DNA of 64,000 nt from positions 220,250-284,249 of the forward strand of contig CASFBK010000006.1 of the NCBI GenBank assembly GCA_949292785.1, in the 5' to 3' direction. A program made the translations under genes and the position numbers. This document shows positions 40,766 to 50,469 of this stretch, piece after piece. The notes under the pieces are model-generated. The model did not search any database. It was not told the DNA's origin and saw nothing but the letters and a program-made list of their open reading frames with translations. Every line of letters begins with the position of its first letter. Positions within the stretch are counted from its first letter, which is position 1. The DNA is from an uncultured Eubacteriales bacterium. Lineage in GTDB: Bacteria > Bacillota > Clostridia > Lachnospirales > Lachnospiraceae.

Positions 40766-41269
40766 TTGGTCATTGAAATCAACAAGGATATTGACCGCTA
40801 TAAGGAATCGGTGGTCATGGGGCTTACCGCAAAACAGCTTATCTTTTCAGCGGCTTCGGTAATAGCCGGTGGAAGCATCGTGCTTTTACTGTACCGCTTT
40901 ATCGGCTTAACGCCCAGCGTATATGTGGCAATCCCGGTGGTGGCGCCGATAGCACTTGGCGGCTTTTATTCCTTTAACGGTATGAGCTTTTATGAGGTCA
41001 TGGGAAGAAAAATCCGTATGCTCTTTGCAAACCGCCCGCTGACCTATGTTTCCACAGAAGGGGAGGCAGTCATTAAGGAGTGTCAGGCAGAGGAAGCGGC
41101 AAAGAACATGGCACAGAGAAAGAAAAAGGGAAAGAAGGTTCCCGAAACAAAGAAAAATCAGGAGGAATTTGAAATGATGAAAAAGAAAACAAAGAAAATG
41201 GTAATTGGTATCCTTGCAGCGCTGGTCGCTGCCATTATCGGTGCAGTGGTCTATAAGGCAAAGCACTAA
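40766..41269 (+). CDS. prgI: PrgI-family (VirB3-like) protein
   Basis: IEINKDIDRYKESVVMGLTAKQLI; two TM segments. Confidence 0.85.
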   Translation: MVIEINKDIDRYKESVVMGLTAKQLIFSAASVIAGGSIVLLLYRFIGLTPSVYVAIPVVAPIALGGFYSFNGMSFYEVMGRKIRMLFANRPLTYVSTEGEAVIKECQAEEAAKNMAQRKKKGKKVPETKKNQEEFEMMKKKTKKMVIGILAALVAAIIGAVVYKAKH

Positions 41270-41400
41270 GGACAACGGATAGCAGGTAAGAAGATACCGA
41301 CCTTTTGACGGTTGGCAATTCCGGTAGCAGGAGACAGTCTGCCATGCAGACAGTTTTGTTTAGCAGCCGGGATTGTCCGGCTGCGGAAAGAGAGGTCAAA

Positions 41401-44400
41401 TTGGGTTTATTTACAGATGGCTTTAAGGAACTGAAAAAAGCCAGCGAACCATTATATAAAACACCAAAATCCATACAGGAAACCATTGAGATTTTAAAGG
41501 TGGCAGAAAATGGTATCTTTGAAGTGGCAAAGAACCGCTTTTCAAAATGTTACCGTTTTCAGGACATTAACTATACCACCACGAATGAGGTGGAGCAGAT
41601 TGACATTTTTGAAAGGTACTGCAAGTTTTTAAATTCCCTGGATGTGTCCTTTAAGATTACCATTAACAACAAGAACAAGGACATGGAGCAGGTCAGGGAT
41701 TATGTGTTTTTGCAGGAGAAAGGGGACGGGTTTAACGGATTCCGCAAAATCTACAATGACATCATGGAAAAGAAAATCCATGAGGGCAGACAGGGGATTG
41801 AGCAGGAGCGTTATCTAACGATAACCATTGAACGGAAGAATTTTGAGGAGGCAAAGGCACAGTTTGCAACCATTGAGGCATCGGTACACAAAGCCTTTGG
41901 TGAGCTTGGGGCAGAGATTGTTCCCTTATCCGGCAATGAGAGAATCAAGGTTTTGTATGATTACTACCATATGGGAGAGGAAGGCAGTTTTGATTTTGAC
42001 ATCAAAGAAGCAATGAAAACCGGGGCAGACTTCCGCAATGATCTGGCAGGGGGCATGATACAGTTTTACCCGGACTATTATAAGGACGAGAAGAAGTATT
42101 GCAGGGCATTGTTCATCAAAAAGTACCCTTCCAGCCTTTCGGACCGTTTCCTGAATGAAATCACTTCCCTCCCGGTACACTCCATTACCAGCATTGATGT
42201 GGTTCCCATTCCAAAGGACATGACAACCAAAATCCTCCAGAAGAAATATCTCGGTATTGAATCGGACATTATCAAGCAGCAGAGGGTAAGAAACAAGAAC
42301 AATGATTTTTCCTCGGAAATCTCTTATAACAAGAGGATTGAGAAAAAAGAGATTGAGGAAATCATGGACGATGTGAGGGAGAATGACCAGTGTCTTTACT
42401 ATGTGGCAGTGACGATTATCCTCATGGCAGATACAAAAGAAGAATTAGACAGCATGATGGAAACGGTGGAAACCATCGGGAAGCGGAACTCCGTTACCAT
42501 TGAGGAACATTATCTGAAGCAGAGAGAGGCATTGAACACAGCGCTCCCTATTGGCGTCAGACAGGTGGAAACCATGCGTACCATGCTGACACAGAGCCTT
42601 GCTGTTTTAATGCCTTTTAACGTGCAGGAATTAAATGACGGTTCGGGGTGCTATTACGGTATCAATCAGGTGTCAAAAAACATCAACATCGGAAACCGTA
42701 AAAAGCTCATCAACGGAAACGGGTTCGTGTTCGGTGTTCCCGGCTCCGGCAAGTCCTTTTTCTGCAAAATGGAAATGGGCAATGTGTTTCTTGGCACAGA
42801 TGATGAGATTATCGTCATCGATCCCATGAATGGTGCGACACGTTGGCAACTGAAAAGGTTGTCCACTTATGCGTCGCTTTTATATAAAAACAATTAGCAT
42901 AAGGAGAACTAAATATGCGAAAAGTCAAATGAGAGGGTAACGCCTTGAAGGGCTTCCTTAATACTCCGACTGGCATGGAATAGGTAAATATGAAGTGTCA
43001 GAAGCTCGGTGAAGTCGGCAGAAGCATACCGAAACATTAAGTTGTCGAAAGGTTCCCAGAGGTGGGAGTTGTATGTGATATGCCGGAGGTCTATAAAATA
43101 CCTATGGTTAGAATGGAATAGAAGCTGATGAGTACAGCTAAAAACTGACGAATCCTCGAATGTACAGGTCTATATCGGGATGTGGTCGAAAGGTCATGTG
43201 ACACAATTAGTGTCGTTACTTGTGGATGAGTAAAAATCGTTCATATGAAAGTCCATACAATGTTACAGGCATTGGTAAAGTAACAGGCTTATAGAGGAAA
43301 CCTAAGGGTATATGTAAAGATAGCATATTTGGAACGTGGAAAGCTGGCAGCATGGAGATTTTACCATCTGTGAAGTGTTTACAGGGAAAAACTATGTGAG
43401 ATTAGCATAGTTATAACCTGTATTTATGTCAGTGAGAGTGGTGGCACAGTACCGATGAAACTATGATAATAAGTGGTGGAGGGATAGCCACTAGTCGTGT
43501 GCTAGAGCAAGCAGAGAGTTCAGCATGGGTTCGTGTAAGACTAAGAGATGTATTACTCTGAAAGGAGGGTACAGACCATGTTGAAGAAAGACAAGCTGAG
43601 ATATAACGAATATTTTGATATGCAGAGCATATTTGATGAGTTGTATCAACAAAGCAGAAACAACAATAATTTTTACAAGTTAATGGAGGTAATAGGTTCA
43701 AAGCAGAATATCAGATTAGCATACAGGAATCTGAAAGGTAATACTGGTAGTAAAACCAAAGGTACTGACGGAAAGACAATAGAGGATATTTCCAAACTCA
43801 ATGATGAAATGCTGATAAAGGAAGTGAGAGCCAGATTAGAGGACTATAAGCCATTACCAGTGCGTAGAGTATATATTCCAAAGCCTGGCAGTGATAAAAA
43901 GAGACCTCTTGGCATACCGACCATATGGGACAGACTGATTCAACAATGCATTTTGCAGGTGCTAGAACCCATATGCGAGCCGAAATTTCATAATCATTCC
44001 TATGGATTCAGACCAAACAGAAGTACCCACCATGCAGTCAGCAGAATGGTAAGCCTTATCAATTTAGGCAGACATTATTATTGCGTTGATATTGATATTA
44101 AAGGATTTTTCGATAATGTCAATCATGGGAAACTGATGAAACAAATCTGGAATCTTGGAATCAGGGATAAAAGGCTGTTGTGTATTATAAGCAAACTTTT
44201 AAAGTGTGAAATCGAGGGCGAGGGAATACCGACAAAAGGAACTCCGCAAGGGGGAATACTTTCTCCGTTACTATCTAATATTGTGTTAAATGAACTTGAC
44301 TGGTGGATAAGTGACCAATGGGAAACTTATATGCCACGAAAGGGAAATAACAAAGGTTTTGCAAGCTATGCCAGACAGTACACAAATCTGAAAGACGGAT

Positions 44401-46441
44401 ATATTGTGCGTTACGCAGATGACTTTAAAATAATGTGCAGAACATATCCAGAAGCACAGAGATATTACCACGCTGTAGTAGATTTCCTAAAGAACAGGCT
44501 GGGATTGGAAATCAGTCCTGAGAAGTCTAAGGTAACAAATTTGAAAAAGAATTCATCAAATTTTCTTGGATTCAAAATCAAAGCAGTGCCACAGGGAAAA
44601 TCGAAGTATGGTTATGTTGCAAAAACAGACATGTGTGAAAAAGCCTTGAAGAAATCAAAAGCTAATTTGAGACAGAAGATTCTTGAAATACAGAATCATA
44701 CAAATGCAGAGGAAGTAAAGAAGTATAACAGTGCAGTCATTGGAATACAGAATTACTATCGGATAGCAACGAATGTTTATAACAATCTCACAGAGGTTGA
44801 TTATGCTTTATTACGAACCCGTATCAACAGGTTAAGGAAGAAAGCAAAAATAGTCAGATTTTGTGAAACTCCAAGCGATTTCAAAAAGAAAACAACAGGA
44901 ATCAGAGACTGTAAAAAGATTTACAGAATTATGGATATTCATATGTTGCCTATTACAGGAGTGCATCATAAATCTCCCATGAATTTTTCGCAGGAGACAT
45001 GCAATTATACCGAAAAGGGCAGAAAGAAAATTCATAATAATCAGAGAGCAGTGGAAAGCAGTAAATTGAAAGCATTTCAGATGGTTCTAAATGATGAAGA
45101 TACTATTGAATTTAGAAATAATATGGTTTCAAAATTCGTGGCACAGTATGGGAAATGTTACATTACTGGAAATGAATTAGAGCCAGAAAATGCAGTCGGT
45201 ATCAGAATAAAACCAAAAGAAAGAAATGGTACTGACGATTATAGCAATATAGTTATTGTTAGCAAAGCTGCCATTCCACTTATTGAAGATATAAATGCTG
45301 ATTACTGTAGTAACCTTTCGGAAAAGCAGAAAGTGAAGCTGAATCGACTAAGACGAGCTAGAAAACTTAAACCTGTCAAAGGAACTTGTAAACTTGCTTG
45401 AACACGAGGGAACGCCGTATGCGGTGAAAGTCGCACGTACGGTGTGAGTCGGGGGAAAAGCTGGAGATAATTTCAAAGGCTTACCTATCGACATAGTATT
45501 TTGACATTGCCGCAACCTATGAGGGAACGGTGGTAAATATGTCAACTTATACGGACAACTATGTGAACCCGCTGGATATGGATGTCTGGAGTCTTGACTT
45601 AAATGACAGCAGGGGCATGATTCGTGAAAAGGGAGAATTTATGCTCGGTCTTTGTGAGCAGTGTATGGGAGAGAGCCTTAATTCAAGGCAGAAGTCCATT
45701 ATTGACCGCTGTGTGAGAAAGCTGTATATTGACATTGCAAGAAGCAGGGAGAAGTTTGTTCCGGTCATGTCTGATTTTTATGAGATTTTAATGAACCAGC
45801 CGGAGGAGGAGGCAAAGGACATTGCCCTTTCCTTAGAGCTTTTCGTCAACGGTTCCTTAAATATCTTCAACCACCAGACCAACGTGGATGTGGATAACCG
45901 TTTTACGGTCTATGGGATTCGTGACTTAGGTACGGAGCTTAGTCCGATTACCATGCTTGTTATGATGGAGAGCATACAGAACCGCATTATTGCAAACGGA
46001 AAGCGGGGCGTGGCAACATGGCTGTATATTGATGAGTTCCATGTGCTGCTTAATTCGGAATACTCCGCAAAGTATTTACAACAGCTTTGGAAGAAAGTCC
46101 GTAAGCAGGGCGGTCTTTGCACAGGCATCACCCAGAATGTGGTGGATCTTTTGCAGAATTACACTGCAACCACCATGCTTGCCAACTCTGAGTTTGTGGC
46201 ACTGTTAAAGCAGGCAAATACGGACAGCTCAAAAATGGCAGAAGTCATCGGCGTATCGGAGGCACAGCTTCGGTTTGTGACAAATACCGCAAGCGGCATG
46301 GGACTGATGAAATGCGGCAATGTGATTATTCCTTTTGACAATCAGATTGAAAAGGGAACAGCTTTGTATAATCTGTACAATACGAATCTGCACGAGAAAA
46401 TTGCCTTAGAAAAAAGTAAAAATGCAGTTGACAATGGATAA
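41401..46441 (+). CDS. virB4: VirB4-like conjugative ATPase split by a group II intron (exons 41401-42832 and 45495-46441; 792 aa spliced)
   Basis: Walker A GVPGSGKS; joined exons read IDPMN-E-YFDIAATYEGTVVNMS; Walker B LYIDEFH in exon 2; TTG start after AGAGAGG. Confidence 0.92.
42833..45494 (+). mobile_element. Group II intron (probably bacterial class B) in virB4
   Basis: 5' GTGCG; domain V GAACGCCGTATGCGGTGAAAGTCGCACGTACGGTGT (~45410-45445); 3' ...TTACCTATCGACAT; removal restores the frame. Confidence 0.95.
43578..45401 (+). CDS. ltrA: Intron-encoded reverse transcriptase/maturase
   Basis: [36 protein letters not shown], degenerate HNH; AAAGGAGG RBS. Confidence 0.96.
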   Translation: MLKKDKLRYNEYFDMQSIFDELYQQSRNNNNFYKLMEVIGSKQNIRLAYRNLKGNTGSKTKGTDGKTIEDISKLNDEMLIKEVRARLEDYKPLPVRRVYIPKPGSDKKRPLGIPTIWDRLIQQCILQVLEPICEPKFHNHSYGFRPNRSTHHAVSRMVSLINLGRHYYCVDIDIKGFFDNVNHGKLMKQIWNLGIRDKRLLCIISKLLKCEIEGEGIPTKGTPQGGILSPLLSNIVLNELDWWISDQWETYMPRKGNNKGFASYARQYTNLKDGYIVRYADDFKIMCRTYPEAQRYYHAVVDFLKNRLGLEISPEKSKVTNLKKNSSNFLGFKIKAVPQGKSKYGYVAKTDMCEKALKKSKANLRQKILEIQNHTNAEEVKKYNSAVIGIQNYYRIATNVYNNLTEVDYALLRTRINRLRKKAKIVRFCETPSDFKKKTTGIRDCKKIYRIMDIHMLPITGVHHKSPMNFSQETCNYTEKGRKKIHNNQRAVESSKLKAFQMVLNDEDTIEFRNNMVSKFVAQYGKCYITGNELEPENAVGIRIKPKERNGTDDYSNIVIVSKAAIPLIEDINADYCSNLSEKQKVKLNRLRRARKLKPVKGTCKLA

Positions 46442-46456
46442 TTCTCATGTTAGATT
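46428..46456 (+). promoter_or_regulatory. Sigma-A/70 promoter at the 3' end of virB4
   Basis: TTGACA (46428-33), 17-bp spacer, TG-n-TAGATT (46448-56). Confidence 0.8.
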
Positions 46457-46460
46457 ATAG

Positions 46461-46640
46461 GTAATGAAAAGCTTGAGTGCTTTTGCGGCGACAGAGAGGA
46501 GCTACCCGTCCCGACTTTGCGGGCAATAGAAATACAAAGAAGCTCTCTGCCTATGGAGTAACATAGGACCTGCTCCCAGAATTGCAATTCAAATGAAAGA
46601 AAAAATTAGCCTGGGCTTAATTGCTCAGGCATTTTTCTTC
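46461..46640 (+). ncRNA. Putative structured small RNA ending in an intrinsic terminator
   Basis: No ORF; hairpins 46467-84, 46492-46549 (with inner 46505-23) and 46550-67; terminator GCCTGGGC/GCTCAGGC plus T-run. Confidence 0.55.
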
Positions 46641-46676
46641 TATGAATGAAATAAGGAACCGGAGAGGAATTGACGG

Positions 46677-47531
46677 ATGGCAAATCAAAAGTTGTTGGAA
46701 GTCTTTTTGAATACAAAAAGGATATTATGTGCGAGTGATTATTACATCCATATACCCAAAAAGATTATCCATGTGACAAATTCAGAAAATATGATACCAC
46801 ATTTAATGGGAATGCAATATGTAGGCAGACCGGATATGTTCACAGGAGACAGGGGAGTGTATATGATAAAGAAAGGGCGGTTAAAGTATCATTCACTCGA
46901 AAAATTGGTAGGGAAGTATTATCGTGGTAAGAGCAAGCAGGATTCTATACTTGCTATGGTAAATGGAAAAATAGATAACCTGTATCGTATTGAAGATATG
47001 CTTTCAACTTATTCGGAGTTATATTTATATGATGTCGCTGCAAATCCTGAATCAGAGTTAAAGACAGATTATCTGTTAGTTCATCAGCTAGACGACAGAG
47101 TATTGCAATTAGGTATGATAAAGGTAGATAAGAAAAAGATACAGGAGTATCATTGTAATTCTTTTATGGTAGATTATAAGGAAAATGATGATTATGATTT
47201 GCATTACCGAAATCTGACACAGCGCTATGAAATAAGCAGGATTGTTCGTGAGGATAAACAGACAAAACGCTCTCAGGTTATTTATCAGAGTAATAGCGCA
47301 AAAGAGAGGGAAATGGCAGGCATTGAAAAAATGCTTACAAATGCCGAAATAGCAGCAAATGTTGGTATTATGAAAGCTATTTTCCGTCTAAATGAAAGAT
47401 TTGGCGTGTATCATACAATGGAAATGCTGTCAAATTCTGTGCAGCTTTTGGAAAAATGCAAGGATAAGAGAGATGAAGCATTGGTAAAAGATTTTCTCAT
47501 GCAATGGGAGAAAATTACAGATGGCATATAA
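46677..47531 (+). CDS. PBECR4-like (BECR-fold) putative endoribonuclease (AT-rich cargo)
   Basis: N-terminal 'IHVTNSENMIPHLMGMQYV' resembles the F/IxHLxG signature of PBECR4; GGAGAGG RBS. Confidence 0.55.
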   Translation: MANQKLLEVFLNTKRILCASDYYIHIPKKIIHVTNSENMIPHLMGMQYVGRPDMFTGDRGVYMIKKGRLKYHSLEKLVGKYYRGKSKQDSILAMVNGKIDNLYRIEDMLSTYSELYLYDVAANPESELKTDYLLVHQLDDRVLQLGMIKVDKKKIQEYHCNSFMVDYKENDDYDLHYRNLTQRYEISRIVREDKQTKRSQVIYQSNSAKEREMAGIEKMLTNAEIAANVGIMKAIFRLNERFGVYHTMEMLSNSVQLLEKCKDKRDEALVKDFLMQWEKITDGI

Positions 47532-47754
47532 GCAGGAATTGTGGGAAGAGGCAAAGAAAAAATGTCATTTAGGAGAGGAAGAAATCCGTATGGCAAAAGA
47601 AATGGGGCTAAACCTTAAAAGCCTGATAAAGAATATTCCAAGCAAAAAGGAAATGTGGAAAGCTCCTGTAAAGGACCGGATTCATGAGATGTATGAGAAA
47701 AGAATGAAAAAATCAAAGCAGAAAGAAAAATGGAAAGAACAGAATAATCAGTAA
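47521..47754 (+). CDS. 77-aa basic hypothetical protein
   Basis: LWEEAKKKC...MAKEMGLN.KSLIKNIP; overlaps the nuclease gene end. Confidence 0.7.
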   Translation: MAYKQELWEEAKKKCHLGEEEIRMAKEMGLNLKSLIKNIPSKKEMWKAPVKDRIHEMYEKRMKKSKQKEKWKEQNNQ

Positions 47755-47760
47755 AGTCAC

Positions 47761-47797
47761 AGCATCTAAGCTAGACAGGTTTAGGTGCTATTTTTTT
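47761..47797 (+). terminator. Terminator after the nuclease cassette
   Basis: AGCATCTAAG...TTTAGGTGCT followed by T7. Confidence 0.65.
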
Positions 47798-47823
47798 GCT
47801 CTTTTGAAAGGCAGGTGAGAGCA

Positions 47824-49827
47824 TTGAACATTAAAAAGGTGGATGACAAGCCGATGGTCATTCATACAAAGGAAAAAGCGAAGCTTCATGTGAAAGCTGC
47901 CCCGGAAACCAAAATCAAGGGCAGGAACGTTCTTGTTGTGGAGAGGAAGCCGGACAATGTAAAAGCCGCAAAAGCAGAAAAAAGAAATCCGGCGGATCAA
48001 AGGGCGGCGGCATTGAAAATAAAGTCTGCCAGAAAGGAGGCAGGGGGAAAAGTAACCGCTGTAAGCAGAGGCGGCTCTGTGGCAGACAGGAGAAAGTCGG
48101 TAAAAGAGGAAACAGAAAAGTCCCTACAAAGGGAAAACAGTGCCTATGCCAAAAGGAAGCAGTCCCTTCCCCAGCAGAAAGCAAAGCAGGACAGGGAAAA
48201 AGCCATCGGCAGGAAAACAGAAACCACAGGTCTTGCCCTCTCGGTTGGTGCAAAAACCGCATTAGACCAGATGGAGGGTGGGAATGAAGTTTATGACTCT
48301 TATATGGCAGCCAGAAATTTGTCCCGTCCGGTAGAAAGTGCGGCAGAAGCAGGAAGAAGGCTGTACCGTACACAGGCAGCCAAAGCAAAGGAACAGCGGA
48401 TTAAGAAGATACAGGCAGGAAAGAAAATCGGCAAAAAGACGGTAAAGGACACCTCTGCAAAGGCTGCAAAGGAAACTTCCAAAGCAGCGGCAAAGAAAGC
48501 GGCAAAAGAGACTGCAAAAGGAGCAGCCAAAACAGCGGCGGCAGCGGCAGGCACAGCAGCCGGAACAGCCGGGACAGGTCCGGGCGGTATTTTAATCGGG
48601 GCGGCAGCCGGGGAAGCGGCTGGCATTGCCATAGACAGAAAAGATGTGAAAAATTCCACCAGAAACCGTATGATACAGCTCTTTGTAGCAAAAATGTGGC
48701 AGGAGGAAAGTCAGGACAGCGTGGCAAAAGCCTTAAAGGATGTTGCCCTGATGCGGTTTTCCATGCTGGCAAAATATATTGTCCGGTATGTGGGAATGTT
48801 TCTGCTGATTCTCTTTGCACTGGCTGCACTGGTGGCACTGCCGATTATTGCGGTCATTGCCATTATTTACAATTCCCCCTTCGCCATCTTTTTCCCGTCC
48901 ATTTCGTCAGGGGAAACCACGCAGGATGTATTGTCGGCGTATGTGGCAGAGTTTAACCGGGAGGTCAATGGGGAGCTTGCGGACCATTCCGGGTATGATA
49001 CCAGCGAAAAAATCTATGCGGATTTTGAGGGAGCCGGCACACCGGACAATTACTGCGACATACTTGCGGTGTATATGGTGAAATACGGAAACGGGGATAC
49101 TGCAACGGATATGACGGATAAGGCAAAGCAGAACCTGAAATCGGTCTTTGACGATATGTGCAGCTATTCCATCAGCCACAGAACCGATACGGAGACGGAC
49201 AATGAGGGTAATACCACAACCACGACGGTAAAAGAGGTCAATATCACATTAAAGAGATGGCAGGACATGATTTCTGTCTACGGATTTAATGCAGAAGAAC
49301 AGGAAATGCTTGCGGAGCTGATGAAACCGGAATATCTCGCCATGTTAGGCTATACGGGCGGAGGCGGCGATCCCGGAGAAGCATTAAGTCCGGAGCAGTA
49401 TCAGGCGATTGTGGATGCCATTTCCGATGCCAACGGGAAAAAAGTGGTGGAGTTTGCCCTGTCAAAAGTAGGCTATCCGTACAGCCAGAAGTACCGGGAC
49501 AGCGGGGATTATTTTGATTGCAGCTCCCTTGCCTATTACGCATGGAAAAATGCAGGGGTAAACATCATGTACGAGGGAGCGAATACAGCCGCAGCCGAGG
49601 GGAAATTCTGCTACGACAATAACTGGCTCGTCAATTACGACGAAATGCAGCCGGGAGACTTAATCTTTTATAGTTACAGCAATAACGGAAGGTTTTTCAA
49701 TATTACCCATGTGGCAATTTATGTGGGCAATGGCATGGTGGTGGAAGCCGCCAATGAAAGGATTGGTGTTGTGTACCGTCCTGTGCAGAGTAAGTCCTCC
49801 ATTGTCTTTATCGGCAGACCGAGATAG
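47824..49827 (+). CDS. VirB1-like cell-wall hydrolase, C-terminal NlpC/P60 (C40)
   Basis: Lys/Ala-rich N-terminus; TM segment; GYPYSQ...FDCSSL...QPGDLIFY...HVAIYVG. Confidence 0.9.
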   Translation: MNIKKVDDKPMVIHTKEKAKLHVKAAPETKIKGRNVLVVERKPDNVKAAKAEKRNPADQRAAALKIKSARKEAGGKVTAVSRGGSVADRRKSVKEETEKSLQRENSAYAKRKQSLPQQKAKQDREKAIGRKTETTGLALSVGAKTALDQMEGGNEVYDSYMAARNLSRPVESAAEAGRRLYRTQAAKAKEQRIKKIQAGKKIGKKTVKDTSAKAAKETSKAAAKKAAKETAKGAAKTAAAAAGTAAGTAGTGPGGILIGAAAGEAAGIAIDRKDVKNSTRNRMIQLFVAKMWQEESQDSVAKALKDVALMRFSMLAKYIVRYVGMFLLILFALAALVALPIIAVIAIIYNSPFAIFFPSISSGETTQDVLSAYVAEFNREVNGELADHSGYDTSEKIYADFEGAGTPDNYCDILAVYMVKYGNGDTATDMTDKAKQNLKSVFDDMCSYSISHRTDTETDNEGNTTTTTVKEVNITLKRWQDMISVYGFNAEEQEMLAELMKPEYLAMLGYTGGGGDPGEALSPEQYQAIVDAISDANGKKVVEFALSKVGYPYSQKYRDSGDYFDCSSLAYYAWKNAGVNIMYEGANTAAAEGKFCYDNNWLVNYDEMQPGDLIFYSYSNNGRFFNITHVAIYVGNGMVVEAANERIGVVYRPVQSKSSIVFIGRPR

Positions 49828-49837
49828 GAGGCGGTTT

Positions 49838-50440
49838 ATGGCAAAGAAAGAGAAAACGGATTATGAGGCAGAGCTGATAAAAGAGTATGAGCGTTGGGAA
49901 TATTTAAGGGAGTACGGAGGCAGCGATCCCTTTTATGATGACGCTGTGAACATGAACCTGACACGAAACCATATCATATCCGCAAAAGGAAAACTGGAAG
50001 AACTGTATGGCGGGGACAAAAACCTTTACCCGGATATTTACTTTCGGGAGCTTCCACCTGTCACAGAGGACGGATATATGGCAAGGGCAGGAGAAATCAG
50101 GGACAGGGCGGCAGAGGCACTGGAGAGGTATCTTTCCGATGCAAACTTTCAATACCTTTTATACAACAGGGACCTGCTTGATAAAAAAGAGGCAGCAAAA
50201 ATCAGCATTGACAACGTGCTTGGTTACGCCAGCAGTCTTGCGGCTGCCTTAAAGGAAGATGACCTTGTTGTCATGCGCCGGCACGCAAGGGGACCGGAAA
50301 GGTATCTGGAGGCTTTTGCAGGCTGTGCCGAAAAGGTAAAACAGATATTGTTAAAAAAGAGAATAGAGCAGCCGGAAACCATTGAAAACGGACAAATGAC
50401 TCTGTTTCAGATAGGACTTGATATAGGGCAGTGCCGATAG
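49838..50440 (+). CDS. Hypothetical ICE protein
   Basis: GGAGG RBS; GGSDPFYDDAVNMNLTRNHI. Confidence 0.7.
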   Translation: MAKKEKTDYEAELIKEYERWEYLREYGGSDPFYDDAVNMNLTRNHIISAKGKLEELYGGDKNLYPDIYFRELPPVTEDGYMARAGEIRDRAAEALERYLSDANFQYLLYNRDLLDKKEAAKISIDNVLGYASSLAAALKEDDLVVMRRHARGPERYLEAFAGCAEKVKQILLKKRIEQPETIENGQMTLFQIGLDIGQCR

Positions 50441-50469
50441 GTGCTGCCCATTTTTGAGAGGTGTGGAAA

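Noticed and set aside
41305-46441. virB4 and helicase as frameshifted pseudogenes
   Set aside because: The breaks are explained exactly by group II introns; the spliced frames are intact
46461-46595. Known riboswitch or self-cleaving ribozyme
   Set aside because: I could not find hammerhead, pistol, twister, c-di-GMP or SAM core motifs by eye; an Rfam search is still needed
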